From contig OY762209.1 in assembly GCA_963665295.1 (NCBI GenBank), positions 4,480,001 to 4,544,000 of the forward strand: 64,000 nucleotides of DNA, written 5' to 3'. The DNA is from Syntrophorhabdaceae bacterium. GTDB lineage: Bacteria; Desulfobacterota; Syntrophorhabdia; Syntrophorhabdales; Syntrophorhabdaceae. The notes beneath the pieces were generated by a model, which saw only the letters and a list, made by a program, of their open reading frames with translations, was not told the origin of the DNA and ran no database searches. Of this stretch, positions 49,360-59,367 are shown piece by piece. The position numbers were made by a program, and so were the translations under genes. How positions within the stretch are numbered: the first letter of the stretch is position 1; every line of letters starts with the position of its first letter.

Positions 49360-50226
49360 TCAGCGTATCAGGCTCGCGTACCCGTATCGGTCGACCTGCC
49401 ACCCTTCTTCCGGCATTTCCACACCGTCGATGTAAACGGTGCGGCCCTCGACCGCGACCCTGCCCTTCCCGATAAGTTCGTGCACCGCAAAGGGGTATAT
49501 CTTCCAGTCTCCTTCGACTTTGAGGACTTCCTGAACACCACCCGAGATCTCCTGCAGCGCCTGATAGAGATCGCTTCCCTCTTCCCGGGCGGCCTCCCGG
49601 AAACTTTTGAGAGTCCTGGCGTCTCTTCTGTCCGAAAACCTCCTCACATCCCGCAATTCACTGTCCCATCGCGACAGCGGCAAGGATGCGGACTGGATCA
49701 ATACGGGTCCCCCGTCATCACTCTCGTCCACGAAGAATACCGTTGATTTTACACTTTCTTCCTGGGCCAGAATTGCCTTTGCTATCGGTATCCATCCCAG
49801 TCCGGCATATTTTCTCGCATCTCCCGGATGGACATTGAGGATCCTCGGATAGTACCGTCCCACCATCCAACTCCCGACCCAGAGATTATATCCCGCAAGA
49901 CAGATGAGGTCCGGTTGACCGTTCAGCGTTTGTTCCACCAGGGTCATAATAGCCCGATCGTAGCTGTCCCGTTCAACCCCATGCCTGGGAACCTTTTCCA
50001 GGCGCCACATGTCGTGGAAATAAACCTCCGAATCGAGTACCAGTGTGGGCGCCCCGTTATTCTTTGCCTTCGCGATGCCCGTGCAGCCCAGGGCATTCCC
50101 GAATACCACGTGGTCTCTGTCGGGGTTCCACTCATATATGCGCTCGTAGTTGCTTCCCGAACCGGAGACGCCGCAGGCATACCTCATGGCTGCGAAAGAG
50201 GGATCATACACAAGTTTTACCGTCAT
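49360..50226 (-). CDS. Formyltransferase family protein (PurN-like)
   Basis: SGSGSN, DLICLAGY, RILNVHPG, VDESDDGGPVL.Q. Confidence 0.82.
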   Translation of the reverse strand: MTVKLVYDPSFAAMRYACGVSGSGSNYERIYEWNPDRDHVVFGNALGCTGIAKAKNNGAPTLVLDSEVYFHDMWRLEKVPRHGVERDSYDRAIMTLVEQTLNGQPDLICLAGYNLWVGSWMVGRYYPRILNVHPGDARKYAGLGWIPIAKAILAQEESVKSTVFFVDESDDGGPVLIQSASLPLSRWDSELRDVRRFSDRRDARTLKSFREAAREEGSDLYQALQEISGGVQEVLKVEGDWKIYPFAVHELIGKGRVAVEGRTVYIDGVEMPEEGWQVDRYGYASLIR

Positions 50227-50391
50227 TTTCTGCTCCTCTTCACCGTGACATTGGCCGGACAGGCTCTTCCGAGCATTCCGTTACCGACAAAAAGATTATT
50301 GTCCTCAGTAACAACAAAACAAATGAACGCCGGCATCAAGACCGCGATGCAAGAGACAATTCGCGCCGACAGTGGATGATGGACACGGACA

Positions 50392-51621
50392 TTACGTGGG
50401 TGGCGGCAGAAGAGATTGTTTCCCGAGCATTGTTGGTTTCCCGAGGGTCATCTTCAAATACTCCAGCATAAGTTCCTGGAGCATCTGTTCTTTTGGTGTG
50501 TTTGCAGGAGAGACCCGATCGTCTCCGTCGGATTCACTTATCACACCGGCCTGGATCGCCCTGGATCGTTGTCCTTTGAGCAGGGCCGCATACCTTTCGT
50601 TCAGGTCATGGGACGACATGCTGGAATAACGATTATAGACGGAGACTATCTGGTCCGGAGCCGGCAAGAGCGGCGACTCCAGGCTCACCCTGCAATCGCG
50701 GGCAAAACGTTTCATTCCCGCAAGGATATGACTTGCTTTGACAAAATTTATCCCCGACCAGCCGGCGCGAAGCCACTGAAAAACGCCGGACCTTACCGTG
50801 CCGGATGCATTTCCTGGTTCCACATACACGCCGATGGAAAAGTAATCGTAAATGTAGGACTTGACCCATCCCAATCCTGTTCGCGGAGAACCCGGCTCTC
50901 CCGAGTAGAAGTAGTTCCAACTGTTGTCACTACCCAGGATGGCCCCCTTCTTTCCCACGTTCGATCTGTTGATCTGCTTTGATATGGAGATGAGCGCCTG
51001 ACGCCCTTTGTAATTCACCAGGATGAGGGTCCTCTTCAGATCGTATTCATGGTAAACACCCGTGTTAAGGTCCGGCGTGTCCGACTCCTTCTGCATGCCG
51101 TGAATTACAACCGGGGCGCCTCCCGAAGGGACGGGTTTCCAATTGGTGGGCAGCCTGTGGGCTTCGCCTCCCTTGGGGGTGCTCCAAATAGAGTAACGCA
51201 GGGAAGAGGGTCGCGTGACCGTAGGAGGAATGAAGGGGTTATACGAATACTCCATGAATCGGGAAAAACCGATCTTTGTGTCGAATTCGTAGTAGGCTCC
51301 TGTGCTGTCCAGCAATTTCGAGAGGGCGTGCTCCTTGCTTTGCTTTGAGTTCAGAACATATTCCACAAGGACGGTGGCAGCGTGTTCATCAACGGGACCC
51401 TTGGGCTCCGCGCAAAACTGCACCAATTTCGATACGGCGTCATCGATGGAGTCAGAAGGTGAAGCCGTCACCACGCTGCAGGTTATCAGCATGAGAAGCA
51501 GGGCGAGTATAACCTGATTCAATAAGGACGGGGAACAAAGGCGTTGTTTTATGGCGGTAATGGATGGACCTAATCTCTCGTTCATAAAAGAAATCATACG
51601 ACGAGCACCGCCCTGAGTCAA
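50392..51621 (-). CDS. Hypothetical exported protein, ~400 aa
   Basis: Long ORF with N-terminal hydrophobic segment; motifs TPDLNTG.Y, VGKKG, WNYFYSG, FQWLRAGW; no function recognised. Confidence 0.75.
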   Translation of the reverse strand: MTQGGARRMISFMNERLGPSITAIKQRLCSPSLLNQVILALLLMLITCSVVTASPSDSIDDAVSKLVQFCAEPKGPVDEHAATVLVEYVLNSKQSKEHALSKLLDSTGAYYEFDTKIGFSRFMEYSYNPFIPPTVTRPSSLRYSIWSTPKGGEAHRLPTNWKPVPSGGAPVVIHGMQKESDTPDLNTGVYHEYDLKRTLILVNYKGRQALISISKQINRSNVGKKGAILGSDNSWNYFYSGEPGSPRTGLGWVKSYIYDYFSIGVYVEPGNASGTVRSGVFQWLRAGWSGINFVKASHILAGMKRFARDCRVSLESPLLPAPDQIVSVYNRYSSMSSHDLNERYAALLKGQRSRAIQAGVISESDGDDRVSPANTPKEQMLQELMLEYLKMTLGKPTMLGKQSLLPPPT

Positions 51622-51876
51622 CTAAATACTGCAAGACGGGGGCAGGTTCCGCGTACCGCCAAATCCGTTCCTTGGCGCTTACATGATTCACAATAACGGC
51701 TGGAATAGGCCCGTTGAGCCGGCTCACAGGGAGGGACGGCGCGTTCTTTCACGTTACCCGTTTATCCAAAAGCATATTGTTGAGTTTTCCAACGCTCTAT
51801 CGATTCTTCCGGTCGATCCGCATGCCGTGCCCCCGGAACAACCATGAGTGTAAACCGAACGCCGTGCAATGGGTCA

Positions 51877-52059
51877 TCATCTCACGTAAATGCGCGCCCC
51901 GTTCCAGAGGGCCCCTGACAAACCCAGTTCGTTTCCCCACTCGTCATAGGCCTTCTTGCCCGTTTCTATTTCAGCCAGGAGGTCCGCTTGACGCAGGGCA
52001 TGGGTAACCGTCATGCCCGGGAGCAGACAAATTTCCCTCTCGTTTACATACACGGTCAT
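51877..52059 (-). CDS. Small hypothetical protein, possibly beta-grasp fold, 60 aa
   Basis: M.VYVN.REI.L..GMTV..AL pattern; RBS GAGGA; follows the 5'-nucleotidase gene. Confidence 0.6.
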   Translation of the reverse strand: MTVYVNEREICLLPGMTVTHALRQADLLAEIETGKKAYDEWGNELGLSGALWNGARIYVR

Positions 52060-52092
52060 GCGGGTCCTCTCCCATTTCGAACCGGAGATCTG

Positions 52093-53652
52093 TCAGTTCA
52101 ACTCTTCTATTCTCCCCTCTACCGCGGGCGAAACCTTCTTCTTTGCCCTTATGTATTCGATCACCACGTCCCTGATCCATTTACCAGAATCACTGTACAC
52201 GAGGTTCTCTCCCTTCATGGCGCCCCCTACGACCGAAAAATCCTTCGAGGCCTTGACCGCGTCACCGAACGCCTTGTATCCGTCCCCTCCCGCGGCGAGA
52301 AAATCGTTGGTAGCGACGGTATAGTGCTGATCCTGTTCCATCGGTCTTCCCCCAATGCGGACATCTCTTACGCGCGCACCCTTCGGAGCTTTCGGGGAAT
52401 ACGAAAATGAGAGTCCCGACACCTGGGGAAACTGACCTTCCTCATTTTCAACCCCTGAAACGCCGTGTTCCAGGGCGCTCATGATCCGGCTTCCCGTCAG
52501 TTTCACCGCCACCACATAATTATCGAAAGGAAGGGCCGAATAGATGTCCCCTACGCTGATCTTCCCCTTGGCGATGCTTGTCCGTATGCCTCCCCCATTG
52601 ATTATGGCCACGTCGGCGCCTGCTTTCTCCCTCATTACGTCGGCCACAAAATCCCCAAAATTGGTTTCCTTGAGGCGCACATTCTTTCCATCGAGGTCAA
52701 CCTCCGTTTTCCCTATGGTGTCTTCCATGATCCCGTCGGCCTTGGTCTTATACTTCTCCACGATAGAGAGCACGGAAGGAAGGGTCTTCATCGTTGCGGG
52801 TTTTATCTCTTCAAGATGGCTCTCCGCATGCACTATCTCCCCTCTCCTTATGGTGAGGTCGAGCACCCCCAGGGCCAATCCGTGTTCCCACGCCTGGACT
52901 ATTATCGTTTTTCCTATGGGCATATAGTTTGCGAGTTTAGTGTGGGTGTGACCCCCTACGATCACATCAATGCCTTTCACCCTTTCCGCGAGAAGCATGT
53001 CCATGTTAAGGCCCGCGTGGGAGAGGACTATGATTACGTCCGCTTTCTGCCTCAGCTCTTTTACGTACCGCTTCACTGTGCTCACGATGGGGAGAAACTT
53101 CAGACCCACCACATTCCTCGGATGGGTCGTCACGGGCGCGTCCTCGGTAACGATCCCTATTACGGCAATCCTGACCCCCTCCACCTCTTTTAGCGCATAA
53201 GGCTTCAGGTCCTTCATGCCTTCCACATTCGCCCCGAGCACGGGAAACCGTGCTTCCCCGATCCTCTGTCTGAGCACCGCCTGCCCGAAATCGAACTCAT
53301 GGTTCCCCACCACCATGGCATCGAACCGCATCTCGTTCATTACCTTGACAACGGGTTTCCCCTGGAAAAGGTTCGCCCAGTTGTTCCCCTGGATCATGTC
53401 CCCTGCGGCAAGGAGAAGTCCCGGTTTTTCCTTTCTCAGGGCATCGGCCCTCCACGCAAGGTAGGCAATTCCACCCAACACTTCGTCGGACCCGAAGGCC
53501 TTGTATTCCACCGCATATCCATGGAAATCGTTCACGTGGAGTATGCGTATCTCTTTCTGCACATCCAGGGCATCCGCCCCATGGGAGGTCCCGAAAGGCA
53601 AAAGCAACATGCAAACCAGAAAAACAAGCAGTCCTTTCCTCGTCCTTGCCAC
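52093..53652 (-). CDS. Bifunctional metallophosphatase / 5'-nucleotidase (UshA-like)
   Basis: HVNDFHG, AGDMIQG, GNHEFD, GGHTH, NGGGIR, LPFDN, GGDGY; signal peptide. Confidence 0.93.
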   Translation of the reverse strand: MARTRKGLLVFLVCMLLLPFGTSHGADALDVQKEIRILHVNDFHGYAVEYKAFGSDEVLGGIAYLAWRADALRKEKPGLLLAAGDMIQGNNWANLFQGKPVVKVMNEMRFDAMVVGNHEFDFGQAVLRQRIGEARFPVLGANVEGMKDLKPYALKEVEGVRIAVIGIVTEDAPVTTHPRNVVGLKFLPIVSTVKRYVKELRQKADVIIVLSHAGLNMDMLLAERVKGIDVIVGGHTHTKLANYMPIGKTIIVQAWEHGLALGVLDLTIRRGEIVHAESHLEEIKPATMKTLPSVLSIVEKYKTKADGIMEDTIGKTEVDLDGKNVRLKETNFGDFVADVMREKAGADVAIINGGGIRTSIAKGKISVGDIYSALPFDNYVVAVKLTGSRIMSALEHGVSGVENEEGQFPQVSGLSFSYSPKAPKGARVRDVRIGGRPMEQDQHYTVATNDFLAAGGDGYKAFGDAVKASKDFSVVGGAMKGENLVYSDSGKWIRDVVIEYIRAKKKVSPAVEGRIEELN

Positions 53653-53655
53653 GTC

Positions 53656-54696
53656 TCAACCTCCTGTTACCCTGCGCAGTGTGCGCATGAACAATGCGTT
53701 TGCCTTGTGCCTGCCCATGGGAAGCTTTATGTATGCCTTCCCGTCCGTTCCCGCAAATCCTTCGACAAGAATGTTCCGGTCAAGGAAAAGAGGGCGAATG
53801 TTCTCCCACTCCTGCTGCAGTTCGAGAAGGAGGAAATTGCAGGGGGTTTCGATTATATTCACACCCTTCAGACGCGAAAGTTTTTGCCCTATGTAGGCCT
53901 TTTCATCCTCGATGAATTTCAGGGTCCTCATCCGGTATGCCGTGTCTTTCAGCGACACGATCGCCGCGCGGGGCGCGAGAGCGTCCACTTCCAATGAGGG
54001 TCTGGCGTCGCTTATCTCCTTGATAAGTCGCGATGAACCCACCCCATAACCAAGGCGGAGTCCCGCCAGGGCATGGAAAAGTGAAAATGTCCGGAGCACG
54101 ATGGTGGAATGGGAAGCCACCGTTTCTCCTGCCGGAGAATCAAGGGCAACATAATCCCCATATGCCTCGTCTATGACAAGGACCTTTCCGAGTCTGTCCG
54201 CCTCCCCCATGAGTCGGGTGAGACCTTCCCGGGGGATCACCATGCCTGTCATGTCATGGGGCCGGGATATGAGAAGCAAGTCTACATGGCCCAGGAAATC
54301 ACAGAGTCTTGCCGGGTCCGTGGAGGCAGGAGGGTTTCCGTCCTGCGGAAGGGTCATTACCCGCGTTCCGTCCTTCGTCACCATCCTCTCGACCCTGGAG
54401 GAAAGGGGCGAAATCATGCCGATAACGCGCGGCGCTACGGCCTTCAGCAGTATATTGAGGAGCGCCGTCGAACCCGCACCGAAGACGATGTGATCTTCAC
54501 CTATCTTTTCGAGGCCGCAAAGGTATCTCTTCAGGTATCTTGTGTGTTCGTCCGGAAAGACCTCCAAGCGCCCGACTTCCTTTCTTGCGGCATATATGGC
54601 CTTGTTCGACGGACCGAGAGGGTTTACACCGGTGGTGAAATCCGTTATCCGTCCCAGGGAGCATTTCCTGTTCTCCGCGTAATCATGGATGTTCAT
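53656..54696 (-). CDS. HisC/CobD-like class I/II aminotransferase homolog, degenerate active site
   Basis: VNPLG, IDEAY and AGLRLGY present, but RTFS-L instead of RTFS-K and RPHDMTG instead of NPNNPTG. Confidence 0.8.
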   Translation of the reverse strand: MNIHDYAENRKCSLGRITDFTTGVNPLGPSNKAIYAARKEVGRLEVFPDEHTRYLKRYLCGLEKIGEDHIVFGAGSTALLNILLKAVAPRVIGMISPLSSRVERMVTKDGTRVMTLPQDGNPPASTDPARLCDFLGHVDLLLISRPHDMTGMVIPREGLTRLMGEADRLGKVLVIDEAYGDYVALDSPAGETVASHSTIVLRTFSLFHALAGLRLGYGVGSSRLIKEISDARPSLEVDALAPRAAIVSLKDTAYRMRTLKFIEDEKAYIGQKLSRLKGVNIIETPCNFLLLELQQEWENIRPLFLDRNILVEGFAGTDGKAYIKLPMGRHKANALFMRTLRRVTGG

Positions 54697-54699
54697 CGT

Positions 54700-55410
54700 T
54701 CATACCCCCAGGTACGCATCAATGATGGTGCGATCGCACTTCACTTCGGCGGACCCGCCTTCCATTACTATCCTCCCGTTTTCGAGCACATAGGTCCTCC
54801 GGGAATGCTCAAGCGCCATATGGGCGTTCTGTTCGACAAGTATTATCGATATGCCCTTTTCCTTGTTGATGAGGCGGATAAGGGCGAATATCTCCTTGGT
54901 GATGATCGGGGAAAGGCCCATGGATGGTTCATCGAGGAGGAGCAGTCTCGGGTTGCCCATGAGCGCCCTGCCCATAGCGAGCATCTGCTGCTCGCCGCCG
55001 GACAATGTGCCCGCATGCTGCTTAAGCCTCTCCTTCAGCCTAGGGAAGGTAAAAAGAACAAGATCGAAAAGCCCTTTCTTCAACTCCCCGCTGCCGAGGG
55101 TATACCCGCCAAGTTCGAGGTTTTCCTTCACGCTCAGATCAGGGAAAACCCTTCTACCCTCAGGTACCATGGTGATGCCGAGTTTCACTATCTTGTCGGG
55201 CCTCAAGCCCTGTATAGGGACGCCCTCCAGCTCTATTGCGCCCGTTGCGGGCTTCACTATGCCGCTTATGGTCTTCAACAGGGTGGATTTGCCCGCCCCG
55301 TTTGCGCCGATAACCGACACGATCTCTCCTGCCTCGACATAAAGGGCAACGTCGCTCAAGGCGTTTATGGCGCCGTAAGCTACCCTCAGCCCTTTAACCT
55401 CCATCAGCAT
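54700..55410 (-). CDS. livF: Branched-chain amino acid ABC transporter ATPase
   Basis: GANGAGKS, PEGRRVF, LSGGEQQMLA, LDEPS. Confidence 0.92.
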   Translation of the reverse strand: MLMEVKGLRVAYGAINALSDVALYVEAGEIVSVIGANGAGKSTLLKTISGIVKPATGAIELEGVPIQGLRPDKIVKLGITMVPEGRRVFPDLSVKENLELGGYTLGSGELKKGLFDLVLFTFPRLKERLKQHAGTLSGGEQQMLAMGRALMGNPRLLLLDEPSMGLSPIITKEIFALIRLINKEKGISIILVEQNAHMALEHSRRTYVLENGRIVMEGGSAEVKCDRTIIDAYLGV

Positions 55411-56174
55411 GTGAACTCCTCGCCGAGATACGCCTCAATCACCCTTTTATCTTTCTTAACCTCATCCGGCAGACCTTCCATAAGCTTTTCCCCGAAATCC
55501 ATCACCATGACCCTGTCAGAAAGGTTCATCACAAGACCCATCTGGTGTTCGATCAGGAGGAGGGTCAGGGAAAACTTCTTTTTCACTTCTCGCAGGGTCT
55601 CCACAAGGTCTATGATCTCTCTCGGGTTCATCCCTGCCCCCGGTTCATCTATGAGGAGCAGCTTCGGCCCGGTGGAAAGGGCCCTCGCGAGTTCAAGTCT
55701 TCTTTGCTCGCCATAGGGCAGGTTTTTCGCGGCAAGGTCTTCCTTACCCGAAAGCCCGAAGAAATCGAGAAGCCGCCTCGCCTTCTCCTCGGCCTTACCC
55801 TCGCCATGGAAATAACCGCCCGTCCTGAATACCGCGGAATGGACGCCATACCCCCCCTTTCTCAGCGTCCCCGCAAGGAGGTTCTCGAAAACCGTCAGGT
55901 CCCCGAAAAGCCTCATATTCTGGAAAGTCCTCCCCAGGCCGAGGTGGGCCCGCTTGAAAGGGGGCACCGTCGTAATCTCTTTGTCGAAAAATCGCACCGA
56001 GCCTTTATCCGGTCTGTAGAACCCCGTTATCAGGTTGAATACGGTAGTTTTGCCTGCTCCGTTGGGCCCTATGATGCTGAGGGTTTCACCGTCCCTCACG
56101 TGGAACGAGATAGCGTCCACTGCCTGGACCCCTCCAAAACTCTTGCTGAGTCCCGTCACTTCCAATGCGTTCAT
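55404..56174 (-). CDS. livG: Branched-chain amino acid ABC transporter ATPase
   Basis: GPNGAGKT, RTFQN, LPYGEQRRLE, VIEAYLG. Confidence 0.92.
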   Translation of the reverse strand: MNALEVTGLSKSFGGVQAVDAISFHVRDGETLSIIGPNGAGKTTVFNLITGFYRPDKGSVRFFDKEITTVPPFKRAHLGLGRTFQNMRLFGDLTVFENLLAGTLRKGGYGVHSAVFRTGGYFHGEGKAEEKARRLLDFFGLSGKEDLAAKNLPYGEQRRLELARALSTGPKLLLIDEPGAGMNPREIIDLVETLREVKKKFSLTLLLIEHQMGLVMNLSDRVMVMDFGEKLMEGLPDEVKKDKRVIEAYLGEEFTC

Positions 56175-56210
56175 TTCTGTCCTTTTGCCGGTTCCATGGG
56201 AGGTCTCATG

Positions 56211-57149
56211 TCATCTCGATCTCTTGGTTATGATCCCATAGGGTTTCCACATCATGAGGAGGATAAGCATGAGCGGGATAAACACCCATCTGAGATCGAG
56301 CATTTCAGTGGGCAGCAGTATCCTGAGCCCCTCGATCACCCCCACCCATATCAGTCCCGCATAGATTGTCCCTGTAATACTACCCATGCCCCCTATGATG
56401 ACGATGATGAGAAAATCGATTGATTTCAGCACGTCGAAATTGGAGGGATGAAGGAACGTATAAAGGTGGGCGTAGAGCGCCCCTCCTATGCCCGCGAGGA
56501 AGCAGCCGTAAGAGAAAGCCATGAGCTTCATTCTCGCCGTATCGATCCCGATGGAAACCGACGCGATTTCGTCGGTCTTGATGCACCGCCAGAAAAGTCC
56601 GTACCGTGAAAAAATGATATTCCTCGTCACGAGAATCAGGAAAACCGTAACGCACATGGTAAGTTCCAGATTGGTTATCCTCGGTATGCCTACGAAACCC
56701 CTTGACCCTCCAAGCACATCGGCAACCTTATCGGAGTTGTCAAGGACCACTTTGAAGAGCGTCCCGAGCCCGAGTGTCGCTATGGCCAGAAAATCATCAC
56801 GGAGCTTCAGGATGGGTATGCCCAGGATATATCCCACCAGGCCCGTCACAATGCCGCTCACGAGCATGGCCGGCAGAAACGGCACGACCCCTTCGATCCC
56901 GAAGACCCTGGTCAGATAGGCGGATGTGTAAGCGCCGATGCCGTAAAAGGCCGCATGGCCCAGTGAAAACTGGCCCGTGTAGCCGTATATCACGTTGAGG
57001 CCGAGGGAGGCGAGGATCACTATGAAGGCGAAGAGGGTGATCTGTTCGATGTACTGCGATACAATACCGAATACGAAGAGTCCCTTGAGGACAAGGTACA
57101 CAAGGAAGGCAAGAAGGAGAAATTTCCTCGACTCACGGAAAAAACTCAT
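56211..57149 (-). CDS. livM: Branched-chain amino acid ABC transporter permease
   Basis: GYTGQFSLGHAAF, LAIATLG, IGGMGSI. Confidence 0.9.
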   Translation of the reverse strand: MSFFRESRKFLLLAFLVYLVLKGLFVFGIVSQYIEQITLFAFIVILASLGLNVIYGYTGQFSLGHAAFYGIGAYTSAYLTRVFGIEGVVPFLPAMLVSGIVTGLVGYILGIPILKLRDDFLAIATLGLGTLFKVVLDNSDKVADVLGGSRGFVGIPRITNLELTMCVTVFLILVTRNIIFSRYGLFWRCIKTDEIASVSIGIDTARMKLMAFSYGCFLAGIGGALYAHLYTFLHPSNFDVLKSIDFLIIVIIGGMGSITGTIYAGLIWVGVIEGLRILLPTEMLDLRWVFIPLMLILLMMWKPYGIITKRSR

Positions 57150-58036
57150 ACCTTCTCGATCCTCTTGCCGAATATTCCGCTAGGCTTGATGAGGAGCACA
57201 AGGAAAAGGATGATGAATATAACCCCGTCCCTGAATGTGGAGGAGAGGAAGGCGGACACGAACACTTCGGACATGCCGATTATAAGCCCTCCCAGGACCG
57301 CGCCGTGTATAATCCCGATACCTCCCAGCACTGCGGCGATGAAAGACTTTATGCCGGGCATTACGCCCATGAATACGTTGATTTGAGGATAGGCTATTCC
57401 GTAGAGCAAACCCCCGACCCCGGCCAGGGCCGCACCCACCACAAAAGTGAAGGAGATAGTCTGATCGATATTGATACCCATGAGAGATGCCGTTTCCTGA
57501 TCGTAGGAGACCGCCCTCATCGCTCTTCCCTGTTTCGTTTTATACACGAGTATATAGAGAAGCAGAAGCGCAGCGCCCGTGACCGCAAAGATGAGAATCT
57601 GAACATTGGTCACGGAGAACAGGGAAAGATCGTAGCTCACCACCTCAAAAGGCCTGGGGAAACCTATATAATCGGGCGTAAATATACTCTTGAGACTGAG
57701 AAAGTACTCGAGAAACAGAGACACCCCCACCGCGGTAATGAGGAGGGAGATCTTGGGCGCGGCTCTCAGCGGCTTATAGGCCACCTTTTCGATAATATAC
57801 CCGGCGCACCCCGTAAGGACCATGGTGATGACAAACACGAAGTAGATGGGGATATTGAATTTTGCGATGAGATAATATGCGATAAAAGCGCCAAGCATAA
57901 AAATGTCGCCATGGGCGAAGTTGATGAGCCGGAGCACGCCGTAGACCATGGTGTATCCGAGTGCAATAAGGGCGTAGACGGCCCCGAGTTGAAGACCGTT
58001 AATGCACTGCTCGAGTATATAGCCTAATACTTCCAT
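57146..58036 (-). CDS. livH: Branched-chain amino acid ABC transporter permease
   Basis: YALIALGYTMVYG.L.LINFAHG, GRAMRA, AAVLGGIG. Confidence 0.92.
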   Translation of the reverse strand: MEVLGYILEQCINGLQLGAVYALIALGYTMVYGVLRLINFAHGDIFMLGAFIAYYLIAKFNIPIYFVFVITMVLTGCAGYIIEKVAYKPLRAAPKISLLITAVGVSLFLEYFLSLKSIFTPDYIGFPRPFEVVSYDLSLFSVTNVQILIFAVTGAALLLLYILVYKTKQGRAMRAVSYDQETASLMGINIDQTISFTFVVGAALAGVGGLLYGIAYPQINVFMGVMPGIKSFIAAVLGGIGIIHGAVLGGLIIGMSEVFVSAFLSSTFRDGVIFIILFLVLLIKPSGIFGKRIEKV

Positions 58037-58073
58037 ACTTCATGCCAGGGTCCGCACGCCGTCTTGCGACGCG

Positions 58074-59204
58074 TCACGGTTCTACGGTTGTTACATACCG
58101 CACCTTGTCTTTTTCCACCTTGAGGATAACCACCGATTTTACCACGTCCCCATTGACGTCAAAGCTGATATTGCCGGTAACGCCCTTGAAATTCTTCAAC
58201 TTCGCGAGACCTTTCACAATTTCCTCCGGCGTCGGCGCTTTCGCGCTGTCGAGTGTCTTGAAGAGGATCATGGAGGCGTCATACGCAAGGGCGCCGAGGG
58301 CATCGGGGACCATGCCGTGTTTCTCTTTATATTTCTTGATATACGCCTGAGTGATCGGGTCTTTTCTGTCAGGAGAATAGTGGTTTGTGTAGTAGCCTCC
58401 CACTATCGCGTTTCCCGCTATCTTCGACAATTCCGGAGAATCCCAGCCGTCGCCGCCAAGGAGGGTAGCCTTCAGGCCCTTTTCCCTGATCTGCTTCGCA
58501 ATGAGACCCACCTTGTTGTAGTAATCCGGTATATAGATGATCTCCGGCTTCTTCATCGCAACTTTCGTGATGAGGGCGGAGAAATCGACATCATCCTTCT
58601 GGTATGATTCGTAGGCGGTAATCGAGCCGCCGCCTTTCGTAAAGGTAGACTTGTAAAACTCCGCAAGACCCTTCGAGTAGTCATTGCTCACATCATAGAG
58701 CACCGCGGCAGTCTTGGCTTTCAGGTTCTTCAGGGAAAAGTTTGCCGCCACCGAACCCTGAAAAGGATCAGTGTAGCACGTCCTGAACACATACGGTTTT
58801 CGCTTGCCGTCGCTTACAGTGACCTTGGGATTTGTGGCGGTCCCCGTGATCATGGGAATCTTGTACTTGTTCGCCGTCTCGCTCACGGGAATGGCCACCT
58901 TGGACGTGAGGGGGCCGATAACCGCCACCACCTTGTCCTGGGTGATCAGCTTGAGTACGGCGTTCGCACCTTCCGTCGGGTCGTTCCGGTCATCGGCGAT
59001 AACCGGGATTATGGTATATTTGCCCTTTTTCGAATATTCCTCAAAAGCGATCATAAAGGAATTCTTCGTCGACTCGCCGTAGGTCTTTACGTCGCCCGTG
59101 AGGGGTGTGATAACGCCGATCTTGATAGTCTCCTTCGCAAAGACATATGAAACCAACAGGAAAGAGGCGCACAATAGAGAGCCTGCGATAATTGCCTTTT
59201 TCAT
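58074..59204 (-). CDS. Branched-chain amino acid ABC transporter substrate-binding protein (LivJ/K family)
   Basis: Signal peptide from MKKAII (RBS GGAGG); KIGVITPLTG, FRTCYTD, GGDGWD, GVTG.I.FD. Confidence 0.92.
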   Translation of the reverse strand: MKKAIIAGSLLCASFLLVSYVFAKETIKIGVITPLTGDVKTYGESTKNSFMIAFEEYSKKGKYTIIPVIADDRNDPTEGANAVLKLITQDKVVAVIGPLTSKVAIPVSETANKYKIPMITGTATNPKVTVSDGKRKPYVFRTCYTDPFQGSVAANFSLKNLKAKTAAVLYDVSNDYSKGLAEFYKSTFTKGGGSITAYESYQKDDVDFSALITKVAMKKPEIIYIPDYYNKVGLIAKQIREKGLKATLLGGDGWDSPELSKIAGNAIVGGYYTNHYSPDRKDPITQAYIKKYKEKHGMVPDALGALAYDASMILFKTLDSAKAPTPEEIVKGLAKLKNFKGVTGNISFDVNGDVVKSVVILKVEKDKVRYVTTVEP

Positions 59205-59367
59205 GGTATGGACCTCCAGTAAAGAATCGTGTATAAATAGAAACATAGTAACGCGATGGAAAGCAACGATTTTGTAAGCGCCCATCCGCATCCCGGCCCA
59301 CGACCCTGTAATGATTAACGACAATCGTTGTACCCTCGCGCAAAATGATGTATAGTGAACGTACAAG

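Noticed and set aside
54109..55716. 535-aa plus-strand ORF, and similar ORFs at 39420, 40234 and 45363
   Set aside because: Antisense shadows of well-supported genes, explained by codon bias
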